From a virus (taxonomy: Duplodnaviria > Caudoviricetes): a DNA stretch of 64,000 nt. The notes beneath the pieces were generated by a model. It was not told where the DNA came from, did no database searches, and worked only from the letters and a program-made list of their open reading frames with translations. Both the position numbers and the translations under genes were made by a program. This document shows, one piece after another, positions 55,012-63,704 of the stretch; positions within the stretch are counted from its first letter, which is position 1, and the number at the start of each line of letters is the position of its first letter. The stretch lies in the IMG/VR virus record IMGVR_UViG_3300011113_000415; one strand, 5' to 3'.

Positions 55012-56951
55012 CCAAAAGAACAATCAGTTTTGTCCAGCCCAACTTTCAACAAGGCCCCAAAGAGTTCAATGCCTATTATTTGCCTTATTCTGCAGGCGTA
55101 ATATTGAGTTATGCCTTTAGTTTTGAACACATAAGCCGGGCCTGGGCTGTGGATCAAATGATTTGGCGTAGAGAACCAATTGATGATCTTGCACCACAGT
55201 TGGCCAAGAATGACATCGTGGCATTCAGCACCTATGTTTGGAATCACAGATACAACTACAAACTGGCAGAAAAAATAAAACAAATCAATCCCGCGGTCAA
55301 GATAATATTTGGTGGTCCAGAACCTGCCATTGAAGATACTGAACTGTTTGTGAAAGAGCCATTCATGGATTTGGTCAGCAAAATGGAAGGTGAGATCACA
55401 TTCAAACGCATACTAGAAGACTTTGATACTGACTTTACTCACATACCCGGCCTATTAATCAACACGCCCAACGGTCTAGTCAACACAGGTGACTGTGCCA
55501 GAATCGATGATCTAGATCAAATACCCAGCCCTTATCTTACAGGCATCTTTGATCAAATCATTGAAGAGAACCCTGACGTGATCTGGAACGCTACACTAGA
55601 GACCAATCGCGGTTGTCCTTATCAGTGTACATTCTGCGACTGGGGCAGTCTAACCTACAACAAGGTCAAGAAGTTTGAACTCACACGAGTGTTTCACGAA
55701 ATGGACTGGATCGGAGCCAACTGTGGCTTTGTTACCATCACAGACGCCAACTTTGGCATGTTTGTGGAACGTGACAACATGATTGTGGACAAGTTGATTG
55801 AAGTACAAAAACGCTGGGGACGATTATCTTCGTTCTCCATGACCTGGGCCAAGAATCAAAAGAACGAAGTTGTGGACATTGTGAAGAAGTTGATACGTGA
55901 AAGTCCAAACTTTGGTCAAGGTCTTACTGTGAGTGTACAGAGCATGGACCACGATGTGTTAGAAAACATCAAACGTAGAAACCTAGATCAGCACAAGATT
56001 GATGAAATTTTTGCCTTGTGTGATCGCAACAACATTCCTGTGTACACAGAGTTAATTCTTGGTCTGCCAGGCGAAACAGTGCAGTCATGGAAAGATGCAT
56101 TCTGGAAAATTTTCCGTGCAGGCAATCACACAGGCATAAACATTCTGCAAGCACAGTTGCTGGAGAATGCTGAAATGAATCTGCTACAAAAACGAATGTG
56201 GAAAATTAAATCAGTTCCTGTATTTGACTACATGAGTGGCAGTTATGGCGATGCTGACCTTAACGAGTGTGTGGATGTGGTAGTGAGCACCAAAGATATT
56301 CCCAAAGAAGAAATGTTAGACACCTTGGTCTGGAACAGTTTTATTCAAACATTCCATATCAACGGCTTGACCACATACATTGCTAGATACTTAGACAAAG
56401 CACATGGCATCGAATACAGCAAGTTCTATGATGATCTGTATCAGTGGGTGCAACAGGACACATGGTTTAGTGAACAGTTTACTGAAACACGCGATTATTT
56501 TGCTAACTGGACACGACACGGATCTATCAATCATCCACCCATCGGCAACATTCAAGTGTTTGGATGGAACCTAGTGCACCGTACCACCTTGTATATGCAA
56601 CAGCAAGATCGAGTGGCCTATGTATTCGATAGTGTTGACAGATTCGTAAAAAGTCATTATAATATTGACAAGCACATATTAGATCAACTCATGCGGTTCC
56701 AGCGGAACTATGTGATTGACTATCGTGATCTTAAATCTTTACCAATAAAACAAGAATTTGATTATGATTTTCTTGGTTACATCTTGGATGACGAGCCAAT
56801 TAAACAGTCATGCACATACACATTTGACACCCCAGAGGATCAAGATATGAGTATGGACCGTTTTCTTGAAAACATGTACTTTGCTAGAAAGAGAAACTTT
56901 GGAAAAACAACTATCATCCGAGACCGCGTCCACGACGCCCAACTTGCCTGA
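55008..56951 (+). CDS. B12-binding radical SAM enzyme (class B type)
   Basis: N-terminal cobalamin-binding-like domain (FSTYVWN, IFGGP); ETNRGCPYQCTFCDW (CxxxCxxC). Confidence 0.85.
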   Translation: MTKRTISFVQPNFQQGPKEFNAYYLPYSAGVILSYAFSFEHISRAWAVDQMIWRREPIDDLAPQLAKNDIVAFSTYVWNHRYNYKLAEKIKQINPAVKIIFGGPEPAIEDTELFVKEPFMDLVSKMEGEITFKRILEDFDTDFTHIPGLLINTPNGLVNTGDCARIDDLDQIPSPYLTGIFDQIIEENPDVIWNATLETNRGCPYQCTFCDWGSLTYNKVKKFELTRVFHEMDWIGANCGFVTITDANFGMFVERDNMIVDKLIEVQKRWGRLSSFSMTWAKNQKNEVVDIVKKLIRESPNFGQGLTVSVQSMDHDVLENIKRRNLDQHKIDEIFALCDRNNIPVYTELILGLPGETVQSWKDAFWKIFRAGNHTGINILQAQLLENAEMNLLQKRMWKIKSVPVFDYMSGSYGDADLNECVDVVVSTKDIPKEEMLDTLVWNSFIQTFHINGLTTYIARYLDKAHGIEYSKFYDDLYQWVQQDTWFSEQFTETRDYFANWTRHGSINHPPIGNIQVFGWNLVHRTTLYMQQQDRVAYVFDSVDRFVKSHYNIDKHILDQLMRFQRNYVIDYRDLKSLPIKQEFDYDFLGYILDDEPIKQSCTYTFDTPEDQDMSMDRFLENMYFARKRNFGKTTIIRDRVHDAQLA

Positions 56952-57783
56952 ACGTGATCCCTCTGTAGATATCAGTATCTTGTTGCCTGTGCGTGGCAGG
57001 CCCGAACCCATGAAAAAATGTTTGCACACTTTGATCGATCATGCAAAAAATCCTGAACGTATCGAAGTGTTGATTGCATTTGATGACGATGACACAGATA
57101 CTATCAACTACTTTGTTGAAAATATTGCGCCTTATCTTGATGACATGGATGTGCGTTACAGTGCCATGCAGTTCCAGCGGCTAGGCTATATCAGGCTTAA
57201 TGAATACTTAAATGAACTGGCTCGACACAGTGCCGGTGCTTGGATGTTCTTTTGGAATGACGATGCTGTGATGACCACACAGGATTGGGATCAAGCAATC
57301 ATGGCTCACGATGGTGAGTTTGCGTTGTTACGTGCAGAAACCAATCACGCACATCCTTATGCAATCTTTCCTATTGTGCCACGCAAGTGGGTAGAGATAA
57401 CTGGACACCTGAGTCCACATCAGATCAATGATGCCTGGGTCAGCCAGGTGGCTTGGATGTTGGATATTGTTAAAAATATTCCAGTCATGGTCGATCATGA
57501 ACGCTATGATCTAACAGGCAAAAACGGAGATGATGTTTATAAAAATCGCCCTATGCTGGAAGGTAATCCTGCCAACCCACGAGACTTCAATCACATTACC
57601 TGGCGGAAGACCCGCATTGATGAATGTATGAAATTGGCTCAGCATCTTGTACCGCTTGGGCACAACATGAATCATTTCAAATGGGGTGTTGAAGGCAAGG
57701 ATGATCAAGGTCGTGACTATGATATTTGGTGCAAGATGAATGCGGCAGACCCACACAAACGCTTGAAACAATGGAAAGACTAA
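56866..57783 (+). CDS. GT2-like glycosyltransferase (paralog B); true start probably downstream
   Basis: ISILLPVRGR, WMFFWNDDA, HPYAIFPIVP. Confidence 0.75.
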   Translation: MKTCTLLERETLEKQLSSETASTTPNLPERDPSVDISILLPVRGRPEPMKKCLHTLIDHAKNPERIEVLIAFDDDDTDTINYFVENIAPYLDDMDVRYSAMQFQRLGYIRLNEYLNELARHSAGAWMFFWNDDAVMTTQDWDQAIMAHDGEFALLRAETNHAHPYAIFPIVPRKWVEITGHLSPHQINDAWVSQVAWMLDIVKNIPVMVDHERYDLTGKNGDDVYKNRPMLEGNPANPRDFNHITWRKTRIDECMKLAQHLVPLGHNMNHFKWGVEGKDDQGRDYDIWCKMNAADPHKRLKQWKD

Positions 57784-57784
57784 C

Positions 57785-58567
57785 GTGAACAATGATCAAC
57801 TGATTGACCGCATAAAGCAATATTGGAACGCACAACCCTGTAATGTAAAACACAGCCTGAGCGAACCCGGAACAGAACAATACTGGAACGAAATATCAGA
57901 ACGCAGATATTTTGTAGAACCACATCTACGTGATTTGGCCGGCTTTCACCAATGGCGCGGCAAACGTGTGTTAGAAGTGGGCTCAGGTATTGGATCTGAT
58001 GCAGTAGAGTTTGTGCGTCACGGTGCTGAGTATGTGGGCATTGATCTTTCAGCAGAATCAGTGGCCATGAGTCGTCAACGATTTAAGTTGTTTGGTCTTG
58101 ATGGCGAGTTTCATAATATAGATGCTGCCGACACCAAAAGCGTGGCCGCACTAGGCCGCTTTGATTTGGTTTACTCATGCGGTGTGCTACATCACTATCC
58201 AGACATGTCCACGTGTCTTGACAACATTCACAATGCATTAGAACCCGATGGTGAATTTAGAATGTTGGTTTATGCAAAGAATTCCTGGAAGTATGCCATG
58301 ATCCGAAAAGGTCTGGACCAGTTCGAAGCACAAGCCGGATGTCCTTATGCCCAGGCCTATTCGCACGAAGACATCTACAATCTCCTAAATGGAAAATTTG
58401 AAGTCCTAAGGATTAGACAAGCACATTGTTTCATGTATAATATACCCAAGTACCGTCAAGGTATCTACGAACTCGAACCTTGGTTTGCGGCCATGTCAGA
58501 AGAAATGCGTGAGGCCGTGAAAGAATATCTAGGTTGGCATTTATTAGTTAAAGCACGGAAAATATGA
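57785..58567 (+). CDS. Class I SAM-dependent methyltransferase
   Basis: VLEVGSGIG, GIDLS, FDLVYSCGVLHH. Confidence 0.85.
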   Translation: MNNDQLIDRIKQYWNAQPCNVKHSLSEPGTEQYWNEISERRYFVEPHLRDLAGFHQWRGKRVLEVGSGIGSDAVEFVRHGAEYVGIDLSAESVAMSRQRFKLFGLDGEFHNIDAADTKSVAALGRFDLVYSCGVLHHYPDMSTCLDNIHNALEPDGEFRMLVYAKNSWKYAMIRKGLDQFEAQAGCPYAQAYSHEDIYNLLNGKFEVLRIRQAHCFMYNIPKYRQGIYELEPWFAAMSEEMREAVKEYLGWHLLVKARKI

Positions 58568-59421
58568 GTAAACTTAAAGTAGCAGAATTGTTTTATAGTG
58601 TGCAAGGCGAAGGCAGGTACATGGGTGTGCCGTCAGTGTTCTTGCGTGTGTTTGGATGCAACTTCAAGTGTGCCGGCTTTGGCATGCCGCGTGGTGAACT
58701 CAGCACAGAAGTCAACGATATTGCATCAAGAGTACACTACTACAAAACCTACAACGAACTACCATTGGTATCTACAGGCTGTGACAGTTATGCGTCATGG
58801 GATCCAAGATTCAAGGATTTGAGTCCTGTGGTAGAAAGCAATGGCATTGTGCATCGCATCATGGAGATCTTGCCACATCGCCGTTGGGAAAGTGAGCATT
58901 TGGTAATCACAGGTGGCGAACCTTTGCTGGGTTGGCAACGTGCTTACCCAGACTTGCTAGATCACCCCAGCATGGACAGACTTCGAGAGATCACGTTTGA
59001 AACCAATGGCACCCAAGCATTAGATGATCGCTTCAAAGAATACTTGCATACATGGACATATCATCATGATCACAACTTTCGCCGAGAAGTCACGTTCTCA
59101 GTTAGTGCCAAACTACCCGGTTCGGGTGAATCATGGTCGGATGCCATTCGACCCGACGTGGTTTGTGAATACGAAGAGTATGGTTATACATACTTGAAAC
59201 TGGTGATTGCCACAGAACAGGATCTAGCAGATGCAGAACAAGCAGTCTTGGAATATCGCACAGCAGGGTTTGAAGGTCCTGTGTATGTTATGCCTGTTGG
59301 CGGTGTTGAACGGGTGTACAATCTTAATAATCGAGCAGTGGCAGAAATGGCCATGCGAAAAGGGTGGCGCTATTCAGACCGACTCCAAGTACCACTCTTT
59401 AAAAACGAATGGGGAACTTGA
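58564..59421 (+). CDS. queE: 7-carboxy-7-deazaguanine synthase (radical SAM) with atypical Cys spacing
   Basis: ELFYSVQGEG, VFLR, CNFKC-x36-CD, ITGGEP, ETNG, SVSAK, PVYVMP. Confidence 0.85.
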   Translation: MSKLKVAELFYSVQGEGRYMGVPSVFLRVFGCNFKCAGFGMPRGELSTEVNDIASRVHYYKTYNELPLVSTGCDSYASWDPRFKDLSPVVESNGIVHRIMEILPHRRWESEHLVITGGEPLLGWQRAYPDLLDHPSMDRLREITFETNGTQALDDRFKEYLHTWTYHHDHNFRREVTFSVSAKLPGSGESWSDAIRPDVVCEYEEYGYTYLKLVIATEQDLADAEQAVLEYRTAGFEGPVYVMPVGGVERVYNLNNRAVAEMAMRKGWRYSDRLQVPLFKNEWGT

Positions 59422-59813
59422 TGGGCATACGTGATTGGTTCCGCAAAAAACCCAAACCTGCTCCTAAGACCCGAGCAGAAACAAAACCCCCAGAGCCGGT
59501 CAAGAGCGAAAAACAGTTGGCCACTGAACGTGGCGAGCCTTGGGTGGCCATACTCAGCATGGATATTGACCCCAACAACCTGCATCAAGGTGCATTCGAA
59601 CTAGACTGGAACGACAAGTTCATATTCAATCTCATACGTGCAGGCTATCAACTCAAGAAAGAAGACACTGATGCAGAGATTGTGGATCGCTGGTTTCAAA
59701 ATGTTTGCCGCCATGTGGTAATGGAAACCTATGAGCAAGAAGAAGCCATGAAGAAGTCAGGCATTTATGTTCGCACCACCGATCTTGGTGACGGGCGCAC
59801 GGAAGTGTCTTGA
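59421..59813 (+). CDS. Hypothetical protein
   Basis: ATG overlapping the queE stop. Confidence 0.6.
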   Translation: MGIRDWFRKKPKPAPKTRAETKPPEPVKSEKQLATERGEPWVAILSMDIDPNNLHQGAFELDWNDKFIFNLIRAGYQLKKEDTDAEIVDRWFQNVCRHVVMETYEQEEAMKKSGIYVRTTDLGDGRTEVS

Positions 59814-60511
59814 TCTTATACGTCAACGGTGACAGCCATACTGCGGCAGCCGAAGCAGTAAATTCTTATGCATTTGCTGAAGATGATGGCTTGTATTATG
59901 GACTAGGTCGTAGACCACATCCAGACAACGAGCGTGTGAGTTGGGGTTGTGAACTGGCCAACCATCTCAGAGCCATATTGCATTGTGATGCAGAAAGTGC
60001 TTCTAGCAATGCTCGTATCATGCGTACCACACGAGCCTGGCTACAACAACAAGACAGCCTTGATGATACCTTGATTGTCATACAATGGTCAACTTGGGAA
60101 CGACAAGAGTGGTTGCATGACAACACATGGTATCAGGTCAATGCTAGTGGCATAGATGATGTGCCTGATTCCCTACAAGATCGATATAAAAGATTTATAT
60201 CTGACGTAAATTGGTCCAAAGCAAAACAATATGCACATAGCGAAATCTGGCAGTTTCATCGCGAACTGCACCTCAATGGTGTCCGGCATGTGTTCTTTAA
60301 TGGTAATTCGGATTTCTCAGGTGTGACAAATCGTCACGATTGGGGCGTGAACTATATGGCACCTTATGATCCGGACAATACCTACGATCGAGTACTAAGA
60401 AACGGTGGTTTCTCCACGGTACGCCCAGATTCCTGGCATTTTGGTGAGGCTGCCCATTGCTTTTGGGCACAACATGTGCTAAACTACATCAAACACAACA
60501 ACTTGGTTTAA
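59810..60511 (+). CDS. SGNH hydrolase-like protein
   Basis: VNGDSH block I, SSNARI, terminal WHF..AAH. Confidence 0.6.
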   Translation: MILYVNGDSHTAAAEAVNSYAFAEDDGLYYGLGRRPHPDNERVSWGCELANHLRAILHCDAESASSNARIMRTTRAWLQQQDSLDDTLIVIQWSTWERQEWLHDNTWYQVNASGIDDVPDSLQDRYKRFISDVNWSKAKQYAHSEIWQFHRELHLNGVRHVFFNGNSDFSGVTNRHDWGVNYMAPYDPDNTYDRVLRNGGFSTVRPDSWHFGEAAHCFWAQHVLNYIKHNNLV

Positions 60512-60513
60512 AC

Positions 60514-61536
60514 ATGCGATACTTGCTGATTGATACTGCTAACACATTTTTTCGTGCCCGTCATTCGGCTTTTCGTGCCGCAGATCCTTGGGAAAAGGTA
60601 GGCTATGCTCTGCATATTGTGATGAGCAGTATCAACAAGGTACATCGCAAATTTGAAGCAGACCATGTGGTATTCGCACTAGAAGGACGCTCATGGCGCA
60701 AGGACTACTATGAGCCTTACAAGAAAAATCGTGCTGTGGCCCGTGCGGCACTAACAGAAACTGAAAAAGAAGAAGATCAGTTGTTCTGGGAGACGTTCGA
60801 TAGCCTGACTAAATACTTGAGTGACAACACAAACTGTAGCGTGATACGTCACCCAGAGGCTGAAGCAGATGATGTGATTGCTCGCTGGATTGCATTGCAT
60901 CCACTGGACGAACACTACATCATCAGTTCAGACACAGATTTCATACAATTGCTTGCTCCTAATGTCAGCCAATACAATGGTATAACTGACGAACTTCACA
61001 CCTTGGAAGGAATCTTTGATGCCAAAGGTCGACAGGTCATTGATAAAAAAACTAAACAGCCAAAAACGGTACCAGATCCAGCCTGGCTGTTATTTGAGAA
61101 GTGTATGCGTGGGGACTCCTCCGACAATGTGTTTAGTGCATATCCGGGAGTACGTGAGAAAGGCACAAAGAATAAAGTTGGTCTCCGTGAGGCCTACGCG
61201 GATCGCAATGATAAAGGCTATGCGTGGAACAACCTAATGTTGCAACGTTGGTCCGATCACAATGGACAAGAACATCGTGTGAAAGACGATTACGAACGCA
61301 ACTGTACCTTGGTGGATCTCACAGCACAACCTGCAGAGATCAAGCACAAGGTAGACACAGCCATACACGAACAAATCAGTCACAAGGACGTGGGACAGGT
61401 AGGAGTTAGATTTATGAAATTTTGTGGCAAGTACGAGTTGAACAAACTTTCAGAGTCAGCAGAACAATACGCTCGCTGGCTCAACGAAACTTATAAAGGA
61501 CACTTAAATGAACATCATAGCCAAGCCAGTAGTTGA
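60514..61536 (+). CDS. 5'-3' exonuclease / RNase H (T4 rnh, FEN-like)
   Basis: LLIDT, ALEGRSWRK, EADDVIA, SSDTDF, GDSSDNV. Confidence 0.88.
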   Translation: MRYLLIDTANTFFRARHSAFRAADPWEKVGYALHIVMSSINKVHRKFEADHVVFALEGRSWRKDYYEPYKKNRAVARAALTETEKEEDQLFWETFDSLTKYLSDNTNCSVIRHPEAEADDVIARWIALHPLDEHYIISSDTDFIQLLAPNVSQYNGITDELHTLEGIFDAKGRQVIDKKTKQPKTVPDPAWLLFEKCMRGDSSDNVFSAYPGVREKGTKNKVGLREAYADRNDKGYAWNNLMLQRWSDHNGQEHRVKDDYERNCTLVDLTAQPAEIKHKVDTAIHEQISHKDVGQVGVRFMKFCGKYELNKLSESAEQYARWLNETYKGHLNEHHSQASS

Positions 61537-61966
61537 TAATCAATTCTGGATACTAAAACAAGACGATCGCAAAGTCGGCAACATAGAAGCCACTGACGAT
61601 GGCTATGCTGTGAAAATTGACAACAAGGTCACTAGTTTCAAAACTATCAACATGATTCGGCAACGAGCAAACATTGAGTTTGAAGCCATTGGCAACAAGC
61701 CCAACAAAGAGCCAGCCAGTTATCAAGTGCAAGGCTATCCATCGGGCAGTCGAGTATACAATCCTGTTTGGGACGTACAGCAAGGCTTGCCATTGTTTAC
61801 TAAGAAACGCAAAAGCAAATCTTGGTTCGCGGCCGGCTGGTATCAAGTGCGTCAACGCAAGACCTGGGCAGTGACACAGAGTCCCAAACTTATTACCCTG
61901 GAGCGTTATGCTTACCAAGGTCCTTTTCATACCGAAGACGAGGCACGTAATGAACCCCTTCCGTGA
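61508..61966 (+). CDS. Hypothetical protein
   Basis: 152 aa ORF in operon. Confidence 0.6.
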   Translation: MNIIAKPVVDNQFWILKQDDRKVGNIEATDDGYAVKIDNKVTSFKTINMIRQRANIEFEAIGNKPNKEPASYQVQGYPSGSRVYNPVWDVQQGLPLFTKKRKSKSWFAAGWYQVRQRKTWAVTQSPKLITLERYAYQGPFHTEDEARNEPLP

Positions 61967-62318
61967 TCAAGAAAAATTCATGCGAGCCTGTGACCAGTCA
62001 GTCGACGGGCCAATGGGTGCTCAATTTGACATGTACTGTGGCCTCATTGAAGAAGAGCACAAAGAACTTGTGGCCGCTTTGGCCGCCGACAATGATGTAG
62101 AGGCACTGGATGCCTTGATAGATATTCTTGTTGTCACAATTGGTGCCATACACTCAGCAGGCTTTGATGCCGAAGGTGCTTGGAAAGAAGTCATGCGTAC
62201 CAACTTTGCCAAGATTGATCACGAAACAGGCAAGGTTCGCAAGCGTGAAGATGGTAAAGTACTCAAACCGTTAGGTTGGGAACCACCCAACTTGAAACCT
62301 TTCTTGAAGAGACAATGA
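61950..62318 (+). CDS. MazG-like/all-alpha NTP pyrophosphohydrolase
   Basis: LIEEEHKEL, DALIDIL, VMRTNFAK, REDGKVLKP. Confidence 0.75.
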   Translation: MNPFRDQEKFMRACDQSVDGPMGAQFDMYCGLIEEEHKELVAALAADNDVEALDALIDILVVTIGAIHSAGFDAEGAWKEVMRTNFAKIDHETGKVRKREDGKVLKPLGWEPPNLKPFLKRQ

Positions 62319-62524
62319 GTCTACACATAAACCGATTCATTGACAACATCAAAGCACATGAAAGTCGCAATGCAAAGGACTTCATGTGCCCCATGCGAGA
62401 TGCCAAAGATCTCCATGCCGACATAACCAAATTGTTGTTGGTTGTCACTGACTTGCAGTCACGAGTTCAGGCTCTACAACAAGAGTCAGTAATCACCGTG
62501 GAAGTGGCTGGCCGGGACTTCTAA
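62315..62524 (+). CDS. Small hypothetical protein
   Basis: ATGA overlap. Confidence 0.55.
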   Translation: MSLHINRFIDNIKAHESRNAKDFMCPMRDAKDLHADITKLLLVVTDLQSRVQALQQESVITVEVAGRDF

Positions 62525-62567
62525 AACTACGTATATTTTGGGATAAATAAATGTAGGAGTTTAATGA

Positions 62568-62864
62568 ATGAGCAGACCCAAGCCACAAGTGCTGATTGAG
62601 CACACAAACAAGCAAACCTACAAGACGGAACAGGTACTTGCGGCCGAAGGCATCTGGGCGGTATTCTTTGACAACCAGCCTATCAATCTCAAAACTGCCA
62701 ACCTGTTGACACAGTATCCTGGCCCCAAGTACAAAAAGGTCAGTTTCTCAAACAGTGGTCATGCCATTAACTTGGCTCGCAAACTCAACCTACAGTTCAA
62801 GACCGACAAGTTCACTGTGGTGTTGTTAAAGAGTGGGGATAAGATCTATCCCAATGCGAGATAA
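62568..62864 (+). CDS. Hypothetical protein
   Basis: AGGAG SD; ATAAATA at 62543. Confidence 0.65.
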   Translation: MSRPKPQVLIEHTNKQTYKTEQVLAAEGIWAVFFDNQPINLKTANLLTQYPGPKYKKVSFSNSGHAINLARKLNLQFKTDKFTVVLLKSGDKIYPNAR

Positions 62865-63213
62865 ACTTGCTATCACTCAAGCATTAATTGCACAACTCAA
62901 ACCTGATGACCGTCCTGGCATCAACACAGCCATGCGTGACTGGTGGCAGAACATTAGATCAGGTTCGGGACTGCGATTGACTGCAGAGGGTTATGCAACC
63001 ATGAAACAGTTGAGTGTAGAAAGTTATCACTTTGACATCCGTCCAGACAAACTCACACCCCGATTGTTGGTCATGTTGGATCAACGACTACAAGATCCAT
63101 ATTTTCTCAAAGCCGATCGACGCCGACCATGGATTGAATTCTACGGCAGTCGCGAGGCCTTGCTGGCCAACTTGTACGGGGACTTGAGCAAGTTTCTGGA
63201 AAATTACAGTTAA
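62854..63213 (+). CDS. Hypothetical protein
   Basis: ATG 62854, coupled to the previous gene. Confidence 0.6.
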   Translation: MRDKLAITQALIAQLKPDDRPGINTAMRDWWQNIRSGSGLRLTAEGYATMKQLSVESYHFDIRPDKLTPRLLVMLDQRLQDPYFLKADRRRPWIEFYGSREALLANLYGDLSKFLENYS

Positions 63214-63217
63214 ACCC

Positions 63218-63270
63218 AAAGTATTACTTTTGTAACCCGCAAAAAGTAGTACTTTTATAGTACTACTTTT
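63218..63270. repeat. Three AAAGTA-n-TACTTT palindromic boxes and a 12-bp inverted repeat
   Basis: Boxes at 63218-30, 63243-55 and 63257-69; aaaagtagtact/agtactactttt. Confidence 0.75.
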
Positions 63271-63273
63271 CGG

Positions 63274-63302
63274 TTGACCAAAAAAGCAATTTCGGTTATA
63301 AT
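63274..63302 (+). promoter_or_regulatory. Sigma70-type early promoter
   Basis: TTGACC-17 nt-TATAAT. Confidence 0.75.
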
Positions 63303-63308
63303 ACATGT

Positions 63309-63653
63309 ATGGAAATTAAAAAGCAATCACGCAAAAAACGAGTGGACCGTACACACATTGTTTACTTCATCCAAATTGGTTTGGAGTACTACATTGGTGT
63401 TACAGCAAAGACTCAACGCACAATCAACATGAGCCTGCGCTCACGCATCAACAAGCACATCTATCGCTCACGCACAGAAGACAAATCATGGCGCCTGTAC
63501 GAAGCAATTCGTGGCGCTGGTGAGTCGGCTGTTAATTTTGCGATCATAGACATTGTGCGTGGCAAGACCCAAGCACACACTCTAGAGCGTGAACTAATAC
63601 GAAAGTATACACCTGCTCTTAACACAGATGTGCGTGTGAAAACGGTTGACTAA
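63309..63653 (+). CDS. GIY-YIG nuclease family protein
   Basis: IVYFIQ...YYIG, R..KH, LEREL, LN. Confidence 0.75.
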   Translation: MEIKKQSRKKRVDRTHIVYFIQIGLEYYIGVTAKTQRTINMSLRSRINKHIYRSRTEDKSWRLYEAIRGAGESAVNFAIIDIVRGKTQAHTLERELIRKYTPALNTDVRVKTVD

Positions 63654-63674
63654 TAATTACCGATTTGCTATAAT
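63646..63674 (+). promoter_or_regulatory. Sigma70-type early promoter
   Basis: TTGACT-17 nt-TATAAT; shares the cggTTGAC context with 63274. Confidence 0.75.
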
Positions 63675-63704
63675 ATGTACATAGTAAGAAATAAGGAGCC
63701 CGAA

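Noticed and set aside
63309-63653. GIY-YIG as an intron-encoded homing endonuclease
   Set aside because: It has its own promoter, is short, and does not interrupt a recognisable gene
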